This document shows positions 12,711 through 27,499 of a DNA stretch of 64,000 nt, one piece after another. The DNA comes from Chrysomallon squamiferum (taxonomy: Eukaryota; Animalia; Mollusca). Location of the stretch: the NCBI GenBank assembly GCA_012295275.1, contig CM022673.1, positions 23,808,001 to 23,872,000 on the forward strand, in the 5' to 3' direction. Position 1 is the stretch's first letter. Every line of letters begins with the position of its first letter. Below the pieces are notes generated by a model. The model was not told the origin of the DNA, made no database searches, and worked only from the letters and a program-made list of their open reading frames with translations. Both the position numbers and the translations under genes were made by a program.

Positions 12711-15700
12711 TCACACCAAGAAGTTCTTGAAGGCCACATGGATTAACCTTTTAGTGAACTCAGAAAGAGCTGACACCAGAAAGAATAATTCGCCTTCGTG
12801 AGTTTCATCTATAGATAAAGAAATGGGAAAAAAAAATGAGTTAGTGACATAAAATCTTTAACAAAATTAAATTCAATAAATAAATTTAAAAAAGGTAAAA
12901 TATTATATAAAGGTGAGAAGAAAATTCAAATTACTTCATTAAACTTTATCACTGATGCACCTGTGTTAGTATGAAGGGGTAATCTACCTGCTGAAGTTTT
13001 GAAAAGCCTCCACTATTGTTTTAAATGGTGATTTGTGAATCAGTCTATGGAACAGTAATGATTTGAGCAAAAATTAGATTTTATAAAATCAAGACTTTAA
13101 AAAAAAAATAAAACGCTTTATATAAAATTACACTATGGAAAATATTTATAAATTACTGACTATGATAAAATAGATACCATACCTGATTCACTAAATTCAT
13201 GTATGTCGAGTATAAGTTCCTTGAACATATCCATCATGCTATTTATGAAGTGAATTCTTTCTTTGGGGTTTTCCATTACTTGGATTATGTTCTGTACTAA
13301 TGTTACTACATAATTCAGGCTAAAACTATTCTTGACACAAACCTTAAAAAGAATAAAAGGTCTAATGTAATGATATCTTTGAATACTTTCTTTTGCTTTT
13401 AAGACAAAACTTTGTTTGCTCCTTGTTCAGTATAAAAGTAATACTTCATACAATCAGATCCGTTTAACTGGAAAAATCTTTCAAAATGTATATAAAATAT
13501 GTTTTAATCTAGTCACTCACCAGACAAAATGATGTTGTGATGCTGCATAATTCAACAGTCCTGCCATTGATAGCTTTACTTGTCATCAACTTTGATGTGA
13601 TAGAATCTCCACACATAAGAAGCAAATGTGAAACATTTTCTGCTAACCATTCTTCAGGTAAACCTGTTAATGAAGGTTTTAAACTTATATTCATTTGATT
13701 TAAATGACATCAAAATAAAATTAATATTTTACAATCCATAATTAACTATCTTCAGATGTTATTAATTTTTTTTATCATTAAGAGAATTAGTACAAAATCC
13801 ATACTTGTCAGTTCATCAACCACACTAATTATGTCATCTTCCGACCATTCCTTGGTTTGGGTATGTAGTGTCTGGATAGCATTAGCAATGTCACCAAAAT
13901 ACTTGACTGATTCCTCAGAGTTTGCTGGAGTGCTTTCGCACATTTCATACCACAGAATGTCTCCTGTAAGTGAAACATTTAGATTTAAATTTAAAAGTAA
14001 TCCATTTAAAGAACTATCATGAATTCAAGATTATAAACCTGACAAAAAATTAGAAACAAGCAGTCATCATGGACATTGCATGTATTTTCCAACAGCTTCT
14101 CTTCTTCTAATTCTAACCACAAAAAACTTTTATTCTTTTTTTTCGTCTTCAGTTTTGGTTTGGAATAGACTATTAATCATACATCAGATATTTTGGACTA
14201 GTCAGTGTTTTTACATTATTTCACTGAACATTTTTGGTTCCTGATTATCAAATACCTGTATCAAAGGAAGCACCATAAAGCAAATATAATATCTTTGCCT
14301 GGTGAACCATGGGCCAAGGTTTCAGAATTCTACTCAACCAAAATGCACGATCTTGAACAGTTGGACAATGATCCAAGAAAACTTTTCTCAGAAAATGTCT
14401 GGTTTCTTTTTCCAGCTTCCCATGAATTCCTACAATAAATACATTCAGCTTTGTTTCATAATTATCAAATCAGAGAGGTTTTAGTCTTATATATTCCAAA
14501 TACAACAGTAAATAGTATTTTACAGTCTGTGTTAGAAATCATTTTAGTTATGACATTAGAATACAGTTTGAAATTTTATAACTGTAAGGCTTCCACAAAT
14601 AAAGATGTTAGTAATAAACAATTAAGAAAAACAATAACCTGGTTTCGAATTAATCACAATCTTCATATTTTTTATAATACATGTGTGCTGGCAGATTGCA
14701 TCAAAAGCTCTCTGGCATTCACTGTCATCCCAGCCTGCAATCATTGTGTGCATAAATTTGCCAAAGCAACTGAGTGCCAGACATGTGTCTGGAGATGCAC
14801 ACACATCTGAATTGCAGCACATAATCTGTAAACAAGGCCAGGTACAGAACAATCAAACAAAATACTGTTAAACTCTGCAGATGCCAAGTTAAGTCAATCT
14901 GGAGTACTTAAAATAATTAATAATTCTCACAACTATAGTTGTAAAACAAATGTTAAAAACTGGCAGGTATTATATTACTTTTTTGCAAATCATAATTTTT
15001 ATTTCTGGAAATATAAACTCCATATAATAATGTTTTATTTAATACAGTTCTTTTCTATTATTTTATTTCTTGGGTGGTTTCTTTTTGTAGGAGTTGTTGT
15101 TTTGTTGGTTGTGTGTTTTTGTGTGTGTACCTGCTTGTATTTTATAACAGATATATAACACTTCAAATTTTATCACTTAGTGTTAGTAAAAATTAATTAA
15201 CTGGGAATTTATATAATTACCATTGTCAGAAAATCATTAACTAATTTCAACCTGTCTTTTGTTGCATATAAGCATGTAGATCTCTTCATTAACAGACCTG
15301 GAATATAATTAATTTAATTTGTCAATTAAATTTGTAAATGTATGAAGCACTATAAATATAAGATGAGATTCATAAAAGTATTAATACAGTATTTAATCCA
15401 TACAGATTATTTTATTAATTAGTTCTTTGCAACTGGAAATAATGTTATTTAAATGTCAACTGTTCAGTATACATTAACTAGTCATTAATAAGGAAGAAAA
15501 ATGATAGAAATAGTGATATCAAAAGATTGTTAGTGTCAGTCTGTCAATTTACTTACAATCATATAAAATACATAATTAAATGTTACCTAGTCGTTGGTAT
15601 TGTCTAAAGTATTCTGTATGTTTTTCTTGTGGTAACTGAATGTGTGGATGTGGAGTTGGAATAAGATGTCTGCCAATTGGACGTGTAACTCTGTAGCCTT

Positions 15701-16211
15701 CCACAAGATTCCTCATAGCTTTTGATGCTATTGTCAAAATACTTAATTCCTCAACTGCAACAATTAAGATTAACAACATATTATATTTGTATGTAATTAA
15801 ATCATCTTTATTGCAATATTTTTTTGTACCAAATTCTATTTAACTTTCATCAATATAAATATTTATGCAAAGTAATTAATCAAATGATATCCATTGCCAT
15901 TAAATGTGTTAAACTTTCAAAAGAATCAGCAAGGAGCAAATAAGCAGCTTTTGTTGGAACAGAAAATTATAAGAAGAATTAATCATATGCATCATGTTGA
16001 AATTCTCTTTATTTATTCTATCTACACACTGAACAAAAACCATACTTGATAAATATTTCAAGATGTGAAACTTCAGTTCAATTGGTAAAATATCAAAAAT
16101 GCCAAGTGGTCCGTATTTGATTGTTCGGGATCGTTTATCTTCCTTTTCTCTTTCCACTAAACGATTTGATCTCCTTGGCTTTTTACAAGCTAGATAAGCC
16201 TTAATGTCCAT
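12711..16211 (-). CDS. FBXO47: F-box only protein 47-like. Exons: 16211-16046, 15754-15587, 15297-15221, 14825-14639, 14429-14256, 13963-13805, 13663-13521, 13342-13183, 12808-12711
   Basis: N-terminal F-box (LGIFDILPIELKFHILKYLS) plus motifs GLLMKRSTCLYATKDRL, CFGKFMHTMIAGWDDSEC, FWLSRILKPWPMVHQAKILYLLYG and PEEWLAENV, which I recognise from FBXO47. All introns are GT-AG and in phase; stop TGA at 12711-12713. Confidence 0.9.
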
Positions 16212-16899
16212 CGCCTAAAACGTGCATCAAACAGACCAAAACACTGCAAAAAATGTGTTTTTGTTATCTTTTATTTTATTTATTTATTTATTATCTGGAG
16301 TCGTTATTTCACTATTTTATTTCTTCTCTCTAAAGAATGTAAAAAACAGTGTTGCATAATTCTGAAATAATATGAACAGTTTAAAAAATAAAGAATGAAA
16401 AAAACAAGCTATCTACTCCTAAAAATATTATCAAAAATAAATTATATACATAAAATGTTCATTAATAAAGCATCAAAAAATAATTAAAAAAATAAACAAA
16501 TAAATAAAACAGAAATAAAAATAGAAAAATAAATAAATTTATAATACAAATTTTCAAGAGATTATTTTTATAATTTATTATTCATTAAATTTTATACATT
16601 TTGTTATAGTTATCAGAAACAATTATGTTTATATAATTCTTATTGCGCGGTTTAAATTATGATATTACTTTTGGGTTAAATAAACGTCTGGAAAATTTAC
16701 TCAGTGATAGTGGTAGTGTTAAAATTTACTTTAGTGATTATTACGAAATGCACAGATCACTATTGTGTTCACAATGTTTCAACAGTGTTGATTATAAAGA
16801 TTAATTCACTAAATATAGCAATTACGATAATAAATGGTAAACTAAAACTTTCTAAACCAGAAATATAAATAATTTTGATAATATATTAAGAAATTGTAA

Positions 16900-17867
16900 A
16901 GCACGCTTCTTACCAATCAAACTGATCAAATGTGTGTCGTGTCGTCTGCTTTCGATTCACTGATGATATCGAGTCAGCTGATCCTGACGTTACTTTTTGT
17001 TTTCAGTGCGGGAAATATTTGAATAGTACCTAAATAAATGAAATCGAAATACTTACCTGTTTTAAAATAATGTTAGCACCTGCTAAAAATTAAAAAATCT
17101 TGTTTTAAAAGGCTGGTACCGAGTACTTCGATGCACGTGCCTGCAGGTGCTTGCCGGTTCGAACTTGTTTGGAATATCCGTTAATAAATCCGAAAAATAC
17201 CGAAGACTTCAAAAATGCCTTTTTTTAATAAATAGGACAAAGATCTAAAACCTTTGTTTTCGGTTTCTTTAATAACCTAATTTTTCTAGCACATAATAGT
17301 TTAAACTGGAATCAGTAAACTGAATCGAAAATAAGTAATACTAAATTAATTCAAATTATATGTGTGGATGTTTTTTCGTATCGTTATGTATAATGTATTG
17401 TTGTTTGGTTTTGCTGTTTAGTTTCGCTTTCTTTCTTTCTTTTCTTTCTAAATTTTATTTTTTATTTTATTTATTTTTTTATTTTATTCTTATTAGTCTT
17501 AAATCTAACTTTCTTTATGGTCAAACATGTTTTATGAACATAAATATTTAAATAATAATAATAATAATATCATCATTATTTTATTCATTATTTACTTTTT
17601 TATTTGATATTTGTCGTTGTTTATTATTATTATTATTAGTAGTAGTAGTAGTAGTAGTAATAGTATTAGTAGTAGCAGTTAAATCTAATATTTCAACTGT
17701 TTGTTGAAATGAAAGTATTAGAACAGAAGAATTACACAAGAAAAAAGTACACATGCCAAATAGCACGGTAAGACATTACATTTATATACATTTTTAACTT
17801 GTATTTAATTGTAGGTAACTAATAGCTGTAATATCTATTTGAGGATTACAATAATGAGTTCTTTAAA

Positions 17868-17898
<31 letters not shown>

Positions 17899-17907
17899 TA
17901 ATAATAA

Positions 17908-17938
<31 letters not shown>

Positions 17939-18594
17939 AAGAAGAAGAAGAAGAAGAAAGAAAGAAAGAAAGAATGAATGAATGAATATCTAACATGTGC
18001 ATAATCAATTAGAAAACAAACAAATAAAATAAAACAAAATGAAATAAGATAAAATAAAAATAAAATTTCATTTGAAAACGTGTTCGCGCGGGTTTGTGTG
18101 TGCATGTATGAAAGAGAGGTATGAAATAAATTAACAAAGATAGATAGCTAATAAAAGACATAATTATTAGAAAATAGCTCTATGAATAATTCAGCGATTT
18201 AATATTTCAATTTATGTTTTCATTGGTCCTGACACTGGTGACGTTACTACACATTTCTAGTTCGATGCCAGTAGTAACATCTCAAACTCAGTTTTCAACT
18301 ATGCCCACACCAACAGTTGCTAACAAACACCGCAAAATAAATAAATAAATAAAACTAATTTTTTTGAATATTGAAGAAATAATAATGACTTATGCTTTTT
18401 TTATTTTTATTTTTGTATTATTATTATTATTATTTTTTTTTTTTTTTTTTTTTTGAAGAACAGTTGTTTTTGGTTCAAAAACTAGTACAAACGAAGGTTG
18501 AGTTTGGGATGCTAAACGTTTGGATTGGCAGTGCCAAAATCTAATAAAAACTTTGGCTTTGGACTGTGGTTGAAATTACAAAAGAAGAACAAAA
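16900..18594. promoter_or_regulatory. Divergent promoter region FBXO47 / ELP4
   Basis: Head-to-head genes; CpG-enriched patches at about 16900-17270 and 18230-18560; minus-strand donors (GTAAG) at 16913 and 17056 suggest FBXO47 5' UTR exons. Confidence 0.55.
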
Positions 18595-19203
18595 ATGGCA
18601 GCGTCCACTGACAACACAAGTTTTAGAAAACATCGTACGAAATCAGTAGAAATACCAGGAACTAAAGTGTCTTTGTATAATAACCAGCTTCTTATTTCTA
18701 CAGGAATTCCATCTCTTGATTTAGTTTTAGGTAAAACGACAAAAAAAATGAACAGTATTCTTTTGGTTGCCACTGACGGAATCCACTAAGTCTGAGTCTG
18801 ATTATGTAACTCTAGCTAAGTTAAAAAATAAAGGGTTATAGATCTTCTATTGCTGAACATTTAAACAAAAAAATATTATCACTTATTTATTTTATTTTAT
18901 TTATTATTACTGATATTTTATTTATATAATAATTATATGTGTACTTTTTATTTTTTATTCACTATCAATGACATTACAAATATTTCTGATAAAGTAAAAT
19001 CAAATTATATCTGTATTATTTTGCTAGAAGTGCAGTTGTAGAAGTTCGGCTGACATATATAATTTGTTATTTTAGGAGGAGGAATTGCCGTGGGTACAGT
19101 TTTGTTAATTGGTAAGTTAAAAAAAAAAAAAAATAAAAAAAAATAATTGTTTGTTTACATAATATCTAATTAAAGTATATGCCACACTTTCCCATATATA
19201 TGG

Positions 19204-19237
<34 letters not shown>

Positions 19238-22200
19238 AAAATTAACTGAGTTAAAATGAAAAATGCTGTTATGTTTTAATTTTGTTATCTTATTTAATTT
19301 TGTTATCAGTGAAAATAATGAGGTTATTTTGAAATTTTAATTATATTCATTATTAAAATATTTTTATTTACAGAAGAAGATCTGTTTTCAACATATTCTA
19401 GACTTGTTTTTAATTACTTTGTGGCTGAAGGGATAGTGAGTGGTCACAGTGTTCTTACTGCTAGTTTAGATTTGGACAGCAGACACCTGGCACAGGTAGT
19501 TAGAATTTGTCTTACCTGTATGTAGGTTTAGCAGTAAATTATATGTCATTCTCCTTAATTTAAAAAACCAACAACCCGAAAAAAAAAAAAAAAAAAAAAA
19601 GTATAAAAAAAACCCAACCCAAAACCCATCTAGTTCTGAAAATGTGAACATGTACTTTTTCCATCAGGTGTCTACATTTCAGTTTATTTTTCAAATGACA
19701 TGCAAAAATAAAACTAGTCTTTTTTTTTCAGTCACCAGACATGCACAGTTAAGACTGAAATAATTAAGAAATTGTTGTATATATCTGATAACAAAGTCGC
19801 TTTCTTTCAGGAGTTACCTTCCCCTGTTACTGATGAACCTCTGACAGCTACAACAACAGCACAGGAGACTGATAACTTGAAAATAGCATGGCGATATCAG
19901 TCAACCAATACATTACAGGTATGTGGTCAAACTGTAAATTATAGGTATGTGGTCAGTAAATATGTTTTTTTATGTGCAAACAAACAAATGTAATATATCT
20001 TTGTTACCACCTTTTCCTCACAATGGAATGTGTGGGTTTATTTAAACTGACAGATTTAAATATCTGCTGATTGTTTTTAATGAAAACATGTTTTTGTTGT
20101 CACTCTAGTCATCAATGAAAAACAACACATTTGGACATTACTATGACCTGACTCAAACAATGGACAGCAGATTGGTGGAATCAGCTGATATCACAAGTGT
20201 TGGTGATCACGAACTTAACAAACAGTCAACAAGGCAGGTTTTTACTTACAACAATTAAAACTGGCCGTTACTGAAATCTAATTTAATTTAATTTGTACAG
20301 AAACTGATAAATTAATAAGTAGATTATCAATACATAAAATACTTGTATAAAACTGAGCCACATCATCCAGTCAGGATTCTGTGTTTTTTTCTCACCAGTA
20401 TGACAGAAAACATATCAGTGCTTTATGTCAGACATACTGGATACAGCAACTATATTTTAGTTTTTTGTTTAACCTCACTTTTGAAAAGAAATTTTTGGTT
20501 TTCACAGATCAGACACATGTATGAACAGAAAATACTGTCAGCTGCTTCATCACATCAAATCAAAACTGGACTCAGGACAGTTCTTCACCTCTTGTAAACC
20601 CAACAAGAGAAATATACTCAGACTAGGTAATTAGTCCAAACCTGTGGTTCTCAAACTTTTTGAAGTCGGGACACACTTGAAGCCTTACAAAAAATTGCAG
20701 GCACACTACACACAAAATGCTAATAAATATAATGCAAAAATGTAAAAAAAATACAGAAATAACTGACAGGCTGCTGAGGTTGTCTATCCTCATTGTGTAC
20801 ATCTATGTCAGATTCTTCATCATTTCTAAATGGTTCTCATCTGGAATCTGTACCATTTGTTTTTCTTCTGTGAGATATGTTCACTGATACGGTTACAGCC
20901 CTTGTGTGAGAGGTTTTCACTGATATATTTAGAGGTACGGCCCTTGGGTGAGAGATGTTCACTGGTATATTTAGAGGTACGGCCCTTGGGTGAGAGATGT
21001 TCACTGGTATATTTAGAGTTACAGACCTTGGGTGAGAGGTGTTCACTGGTATATTTAGAGTTACAGACCTTGGGTGAGAGGTGTTCACTGGTATATTTAG
21101 AGTTACTGCCCTTGGGTGAGAGGTGTTCACTGGTATATTTAGAGTTACTGCCCTTGGGTGAGAGGTGTTCACTGGTATATTTAGAGTTACAGCCCTTGGG
21201 TGAGAGGTGTTCACTGGTATATTTAGAGTTACTGCCCTCACTGGTATATTTAGAGTTACGGCCCTTGGGTGAGAGGTGTTCACTGGTATATTTAGAATTA
21301 CCGCCCTGTGTGAGAGGTGTTCACTGGTATATTTAGAATTACCGCCCTTGGGTGAGAGGTGTTCACTGGTATATTTAGAGTTACGGCCCTTGGGTGAGAG
21401 ATGTTCACTGGTATATTTAGAGTTATCGCCTTGTGTGAGGGGTGTTCACTGATATATTTAGTAACAGCCCTAGTGTGAGAGGTGTTCACTGGTATATTTA
21501 GAGTTATCAAATGTTAAAAAAACTGTACAAAGGCTATATTTTTAATGGTGTGCATTGAGTAGCGAGGGAAAATTCGTTTGCTTTTAACAATTGTAACACT
21601 ATAATAGGCTAAAATTCAATAAAGTATTAAAGTTTTAGATGGTTAGTGACTGTGACAGAGATAGGTCCAAACAAACAATTACATTCAGTAAAATGTATTT
21701 TTGTAATCTCTGAATATTTTAAATTTCATCTCAGTTAATAAATTAACAAATGTTGTATTTATGAACAGGAGACAAATTTCATTTTATTTTACTTGTATTT
21801 TTATTTTTACAGCTGTACAATCACTGGCTTCTCCATTGTGGACAGACTGCATATGTACTCAAGAAGAAAATGATTCTTCATTACTCAAGTTTCTCCTAGC
21901 TCTGAGATCACTTTTACGTTGTTCATATGCTACATGTCTTATCACAGTACCTACACATCTTTTCCATGTAAGTTTTACACAAACATGCACACATCTAATT
22001 TCCCAAGACATGCACTGAGAGAGATGTCATGGCATTATCTTCTGTATAACTTCTGGTATTTGTTTGTGATTTTTTGTTTGTTTTCAGGATGCCATGGTAA
22101 CCGAACGTATGGAAAAGATGTGTGACACAGTTTTACACTTGGAGAGTTTTTCTGCTTCACACAAAGAAAAAAATCCTGCATTTAAAGAATACAGTGGTAA

Positions 22201-22837
22201 ATGTACTGATTGTGTATTAGAAACATTAGTTATGTTAATGTTATAAACAGTCATAATATATTTAGTATTAATGAGACAAATGTTATTGGCATATTCTTTA
22301 AATGAGTATCACAGTGTAAAAAGTATCACTGATACGTGAAGATTACATTTATTTCTGCCACACTTGCTTGGTCTGTTTATTTTCGAGTGATTTGTTGACT
22401 GGACAGAAAACTGATGTGTCTATTTTCAGGTTTGCTGCATGTACGACACCTTCCTCGACTAAACAGTCTTGTTTCTCACTTGCCTGATACTCTGGACTTA
22501 GCTTTCAAATTAAGAAGAAAAAAATTTACAATTGAAGTAAGTAATAATTACTAACGAGTCAACAATTTAAAAAATTCTAAATTACAGTAAATTTGTTCAC
22601 AGACTTTGCACTTGGTCTGATAAGCTGACTTGTGTCAAAAACTCTTTTCTGCTTTTGTTACAGCACATAATGAGTTTAACATGTTGACAAGATTTCTTTT
22701 AAAAATTTCAGAAATTACATCTTCCACCAGAATTGTCAGAGAGTGCTAGTCGATCAGAGGAGGAAATCACAACACAGAACAAATTTTCAAATATGCTAAC
22801 ATGTGGTTCATCTTCCTCATCAAAATTAGATTTCTAA
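18595..22837 (+). CDS. ELP4: Elongator complex protein 4. Exons: 18595-18730, 19076-19111, 19374-19495, 19811-19918, 20109-20233, 20508-20626, 21813-21967, 22088-22196, 22430-22536, 22712-22837
   Basis: [100 protein letters not shown] and a C-terminal LDF* are all hallmark ELP4 motifs. Confidence 0.96.
20641..20720. mobile_element. Possible hAT/Charlie-like MITE terminus fragment
   Basis: ctgtggttctcaaactttttg...gcaggcacac resembles CAGTGGTTCTCAAACT-type termini; the partner end was not found. Confidence 0.4.
20865..21510. repeat. 42-bp minisatellite in an ELP4 intron
   Basis: Unit gagaggtgttcactggtatatttagagttacagcccttgggt, about 15 copies; source of the spurious 14-aa-repeat ORFs. Confidence 0.97.
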
Positions 22838-23829
22838 ACTTTACTATATTGAATATAATGATGAAAAAATATATACACAAGAAATTTTTTTGAAAAGTAA
22901 AATAAAGAAAAATATATAATTAAAAATATTGTTACTTTTTCAAATTTTAACTGGGTGCCTCAGGTTTCAGTAATCAAAAGCTTTAAATTAAAATTAAATA
23001 AAAAATTTTAAGCACTAGATATACTTTTTATAAAGTTAAAAATATTTTTAAATGTGCCTCTTTTCTTTATTAATATTATTTGATACATGTTGGACCACTT
23101 GTGTGGTCATGCACATACCCAAACACACATGAACCCCACTGTTTCCTGCAATTGAGAAAGTAATAAAAAACAAAATCTGTCTGGATTTTAAAAGACGATG
23201 TATTGCACAAATCTCATAACATTAAAACAACAATTGTGTGAAACTGTCACAATATCACAGGCTGCCATCAATTGTGGGTAGGACACAACAAAAAAGCAAC
23301 AAGTATTCAACAGAAAAGTAAAAGTCAAAAGGAATGTATGTAACCTTGACAACAATAAATAATAAACATGTCAAAAGCACAGAAACAGAATCTAAACAAA
23401 ATAATGTGACTAGACAGGAATGTTAACATCAGTAAATAGTTATACACATTGAAAAGGCATCACAGATAATTTTTATACATTTCCTAAAATTATAATACAC
23501 TGGACAATGTACAAATATACTGTTAAAAAAGGTACATTTGACAATTCTTTATTTCAAACAAAACTAAAAAAAATATTTTTTTGACGAAGGTCTCTATTTC
23601 TTACAGTTAGTGTTTAGCAAAACAGTCAAAAATAAATATAATTAGTTGTTTTAAAACAAATACAAATATCAACAAGAATCAACAAATACAAAAAAAGATG
23701 ACACATCCAAATTTTAATACCCTAATACCCATAATATCTACTTTTAATAACTGAAAGTTAAATAAATTTTTGATTTATTATGAAAGTTGAAAGTATTAAT
23801 CTGCCTCTACATGAAAAGTCACCAGCAAT

Positions 23830-24090
23830 ACGTATCAGAATAATGTAAACACCAGAGTTCATGACAATCATCTAAACAGTACAGATCACGACAAAATCAT
23901 GTAAACATTGCTGAGTTTATGAAAAAAATCATATAAACACAGCAGTTTATGACAGAATCATGTATTCACTGTACAGGTTATGACTAAATCATGTAAACTT
24001 TGCTGAGTTCATGACAATCATGTAAACACTGGATAGATCATGACAGAATCATGTAAACTCTTTACAGTTCATGAGAGAATTGTAAACATT
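23830..24090. repeat. Degenerate ~31-bp minisatellite
   Basis: Recurrent atgacagaatcatgtaaacac. Confidence 0.8.
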
Positions 24091-27000
24091 TTTGTTTTGA
24101 TTATTCGTAATCTGAATTCATTGAAGTGGATATATTATTACAACAAAATAAATATATAATAAAAAAAAAACTTCTAAAAAGTAATTTGTTTTAGTATAAA
24201 CTGCCTATAATTAGAAAATATTAATAAAATGAAATAAGTAATAAATGCTGCTTTAAGGAAAAAGTAAGAAAAGAAAGTATAATAATTTGAAAGATTAATT
24301 TAAATTTTTAAAGATTATCAAAAGTGACATTTCTAAAATATTCAAAATCGAGAAAATATAAAATACAGCTGTTTGTATTTAACTGTAAGAAGTTTAGTTG
24401 ATGTTACTCTGACACATATTAAGTTATTACATCAACAGTAGCGGTGATCAGTTACATCATTTTTACACTCGTAAAACCTGCCTTTTTCACTCTGTGAAAT
24501 TTCTGATGTATGAAATAATATTAGCACAAGTTACCAGAATCTCTGACTCCAAATATCTTAAAGTCCTGAGCAGAAATATCAAAATTTAGAATTAAAAATA
24601 AAAATTTAAAAATCTGTTTTCCACAAATAAATTACAAAATTGTCCCAACATTATAAAGAGTGCGTTGTGGAATAAGTAAACCCAAAATAGTGGTAATATA
24701 TTTAAAAAATAATGTTGCAATGGCTACTGAATAATGTTTGATTCCAGACTAATTATTTGTTAAAACTGCAGATAAATTTGATTGAAAAATCTAAAAACTT
24801 AGTACACATCTGCGAAACACACAGTAATGATTATTATTATACTAATTTAATAATTTATTAAAAAGTTGTAAACATGAGGAGAAAAGGCACTGTAAACTGT
24901 GAAAGATAAAAATGAATATTAAATATATTTATATTGTTAATTTTCACAAACATTACCGACTTGCACAACCAAATGATAATAGAGAAAAAGAAAAACTTGA
25001 TGTTCAGTGCAGTAAACAGATGTGTATGACAAATGGACACAGGTATGTATGGGTGTGTGTGTGTTTGTGTGTATGGATGGGTGTTGGTTTTCTTTTAAAA
25101 TAAATTAAATGGTGGGTCATGTTTTAAATGCAACACTACTTTAAACTACTTTAAATAGAAACTGAGATTGTATCTATACTATAATAATAATGATAACAAG
25201 AACAACAAGAATAATAATATAATAAAAATTAATAACAACAATACAATAAAACAAAAAATAATAATAATAATTACAAAAATGTTTTAAAAATCAAGTAAAA
25301 CTGGAATGCACCATTAGTGGACAAACACATTTTTTTACCCAATAATTTTCTTTTTAACACTGAAATGTTGATAAATATAATAAATGATTGAATGAATCTG
25401 CCCTGCAGATAAAAATGTGATAAACATGACAAAATGCTGATGTTCATTTAACATGATTTTTGCTGCTACAACTATAATAATGTTCCATCTGTTTTAACTT
25501 AAATTTTATCATTATTATTCTTTTAGGAAAAAAATAAAATTATAGTAATAAAATGCAAAACATTTTATACTTTTTTTTATGAATCAGCAGACAATACAAA
25601 AAGATATAAAATGCCCTAATTTATGATCTTAAAAATGATGTCAACAATAATATGTATACATTTAAAATGTCTTATAAACCAAATTTTTTTGATATCACTG
25701 AGCTATAAATAAGGTTAACAAATGAATATGTTTGATTACTCCACACTGTCTAGTTACATCACTATCAACAGAAAACAAAATTACACAAATAAAAAACCAA
25801 CTCACTAAAAATCATATCAATACCACTACTAACTTACTTCAAATAAATTATATAATTCAGGATTTTTTCAATTTCATTATTATCTTTAATTAATCGGGGC
25901 TGATAATTTTCACAATATTTAGAGTAGGGGTTGGGAGAACTCCACAATACAGGTTTCTGTTCACTAACAAGGTAGACACAGAATACTGTGTCTTTGATTA
26001 CAGCTAAACTTTTATTATTTTGTACTCTGTATAATCACATGTACATATTCCTATCTAGTGACAGCACTAGTAACAATACTAGTAACAGCACTAAGTATTT
26101 TTGGCAGCAAAGAAAAAAAAAAAAAGCTACAACACTAAAGGTGTCCACTGTACCAGTATGAGCTGTTCAGTAAATGTGTTTGTGCTTTGTTTAAAACACT
26201 TTTTAAAAGAAACATTATTTACACTGCATGCCATTCCCGTTTAATATTTTACACACATTTGGTCAACCTACTGCAAAATAAAAACATATTTTTATTTATT
26301 TTTAATCTTTTTATTGTTTTTTTATTGTTTTTTTTAACTTTGCTACATTTATTTTTTTCAGAATTTTAATTTTATTCTGGTATAAATTTCCAGCATAAGT
26401 ACTTTTTCTTCTAAATTATTTTACTTATATTATTTGCATTTATTATAATTTATTACTCATATTTTTATTAGTACAAATAAACTGCTATTTCCAAAAAGCA
26501 AACAAAACTAATAAATAAATAAAATGTAGGTTTTGGGCCCAGTTTGCATAACATATTAAACAAAAATGGCAAACTACATAATGATATTGTAAACATGTTA
26601 ATAAAATATGTGACCAGACAGTTAACAAAACAAAGTTATAGAAAAAATACTTTTTGTGATGACTGCCACTGAATGAAATAATAACACAACCATGTGACAC
26701 TTTGGCAAACTGTCTCCACTGGTCAAAACAGCAGTGGTCGAACTTTGAACACTACATCACCATTTCAGGTGTTAATTATTAATTCCCATAAAACATTTAT
26801 AATAGATTTATAATGAAATGACCAGTTTTAATTAAGTAAATCATCTGGTGGTGTTTCAAAACTATTTAAAACAAAGTGTGTCCAAGTTGAAGGAGTTAAG
26901 TACAACAAAGTCAAGTCACATCGTCATGTCTCACACCCTCTACTCTGACATCTTCATGTACGATGTTTCTCAATGGGTATCTTTCACTGACAAGAGTTTG

Positions 27001-27499
27001 GGGTATTTTAAATGTACATTATAGCTGCCTCATTCCCACACACTGTGCAGGCAAATTCAAACCATTTGAAAAACAAAACCCCAGAAAGAAACCAAAGAAG
27101 CTGAAAAACATTTTACTCAGCTCCATCATGACAATTTATGTATAAAAAAGTCTGCTGTGAATGATTATGTCACTGCTGTATTTATGTTTGAGTAATTATA
27201 ATGTATATATATATATGTTTTGAACATGTATCCATAATTTCGATAAAGTAAAAATTCTCAGTTTTTGTAAAATCTATCTTAATTCTAAACTTGGTATGAT
27301 CATGTAAAAGTATTTTGGTTTTCTGCATTATGAAATTTTTGTTTAAATATATTTCTATTTCTGTGTTTAAAATGTATTTGTATGCAAGAAAATATTTACT
27401 TCTGAGTTAAATAATTTGCCACTCTTTTTTGTCCATGTGTAAATATATCTATGTAAAATATCTCCATCTCAGTATTCCCATAAACACCTCTATGTATAA

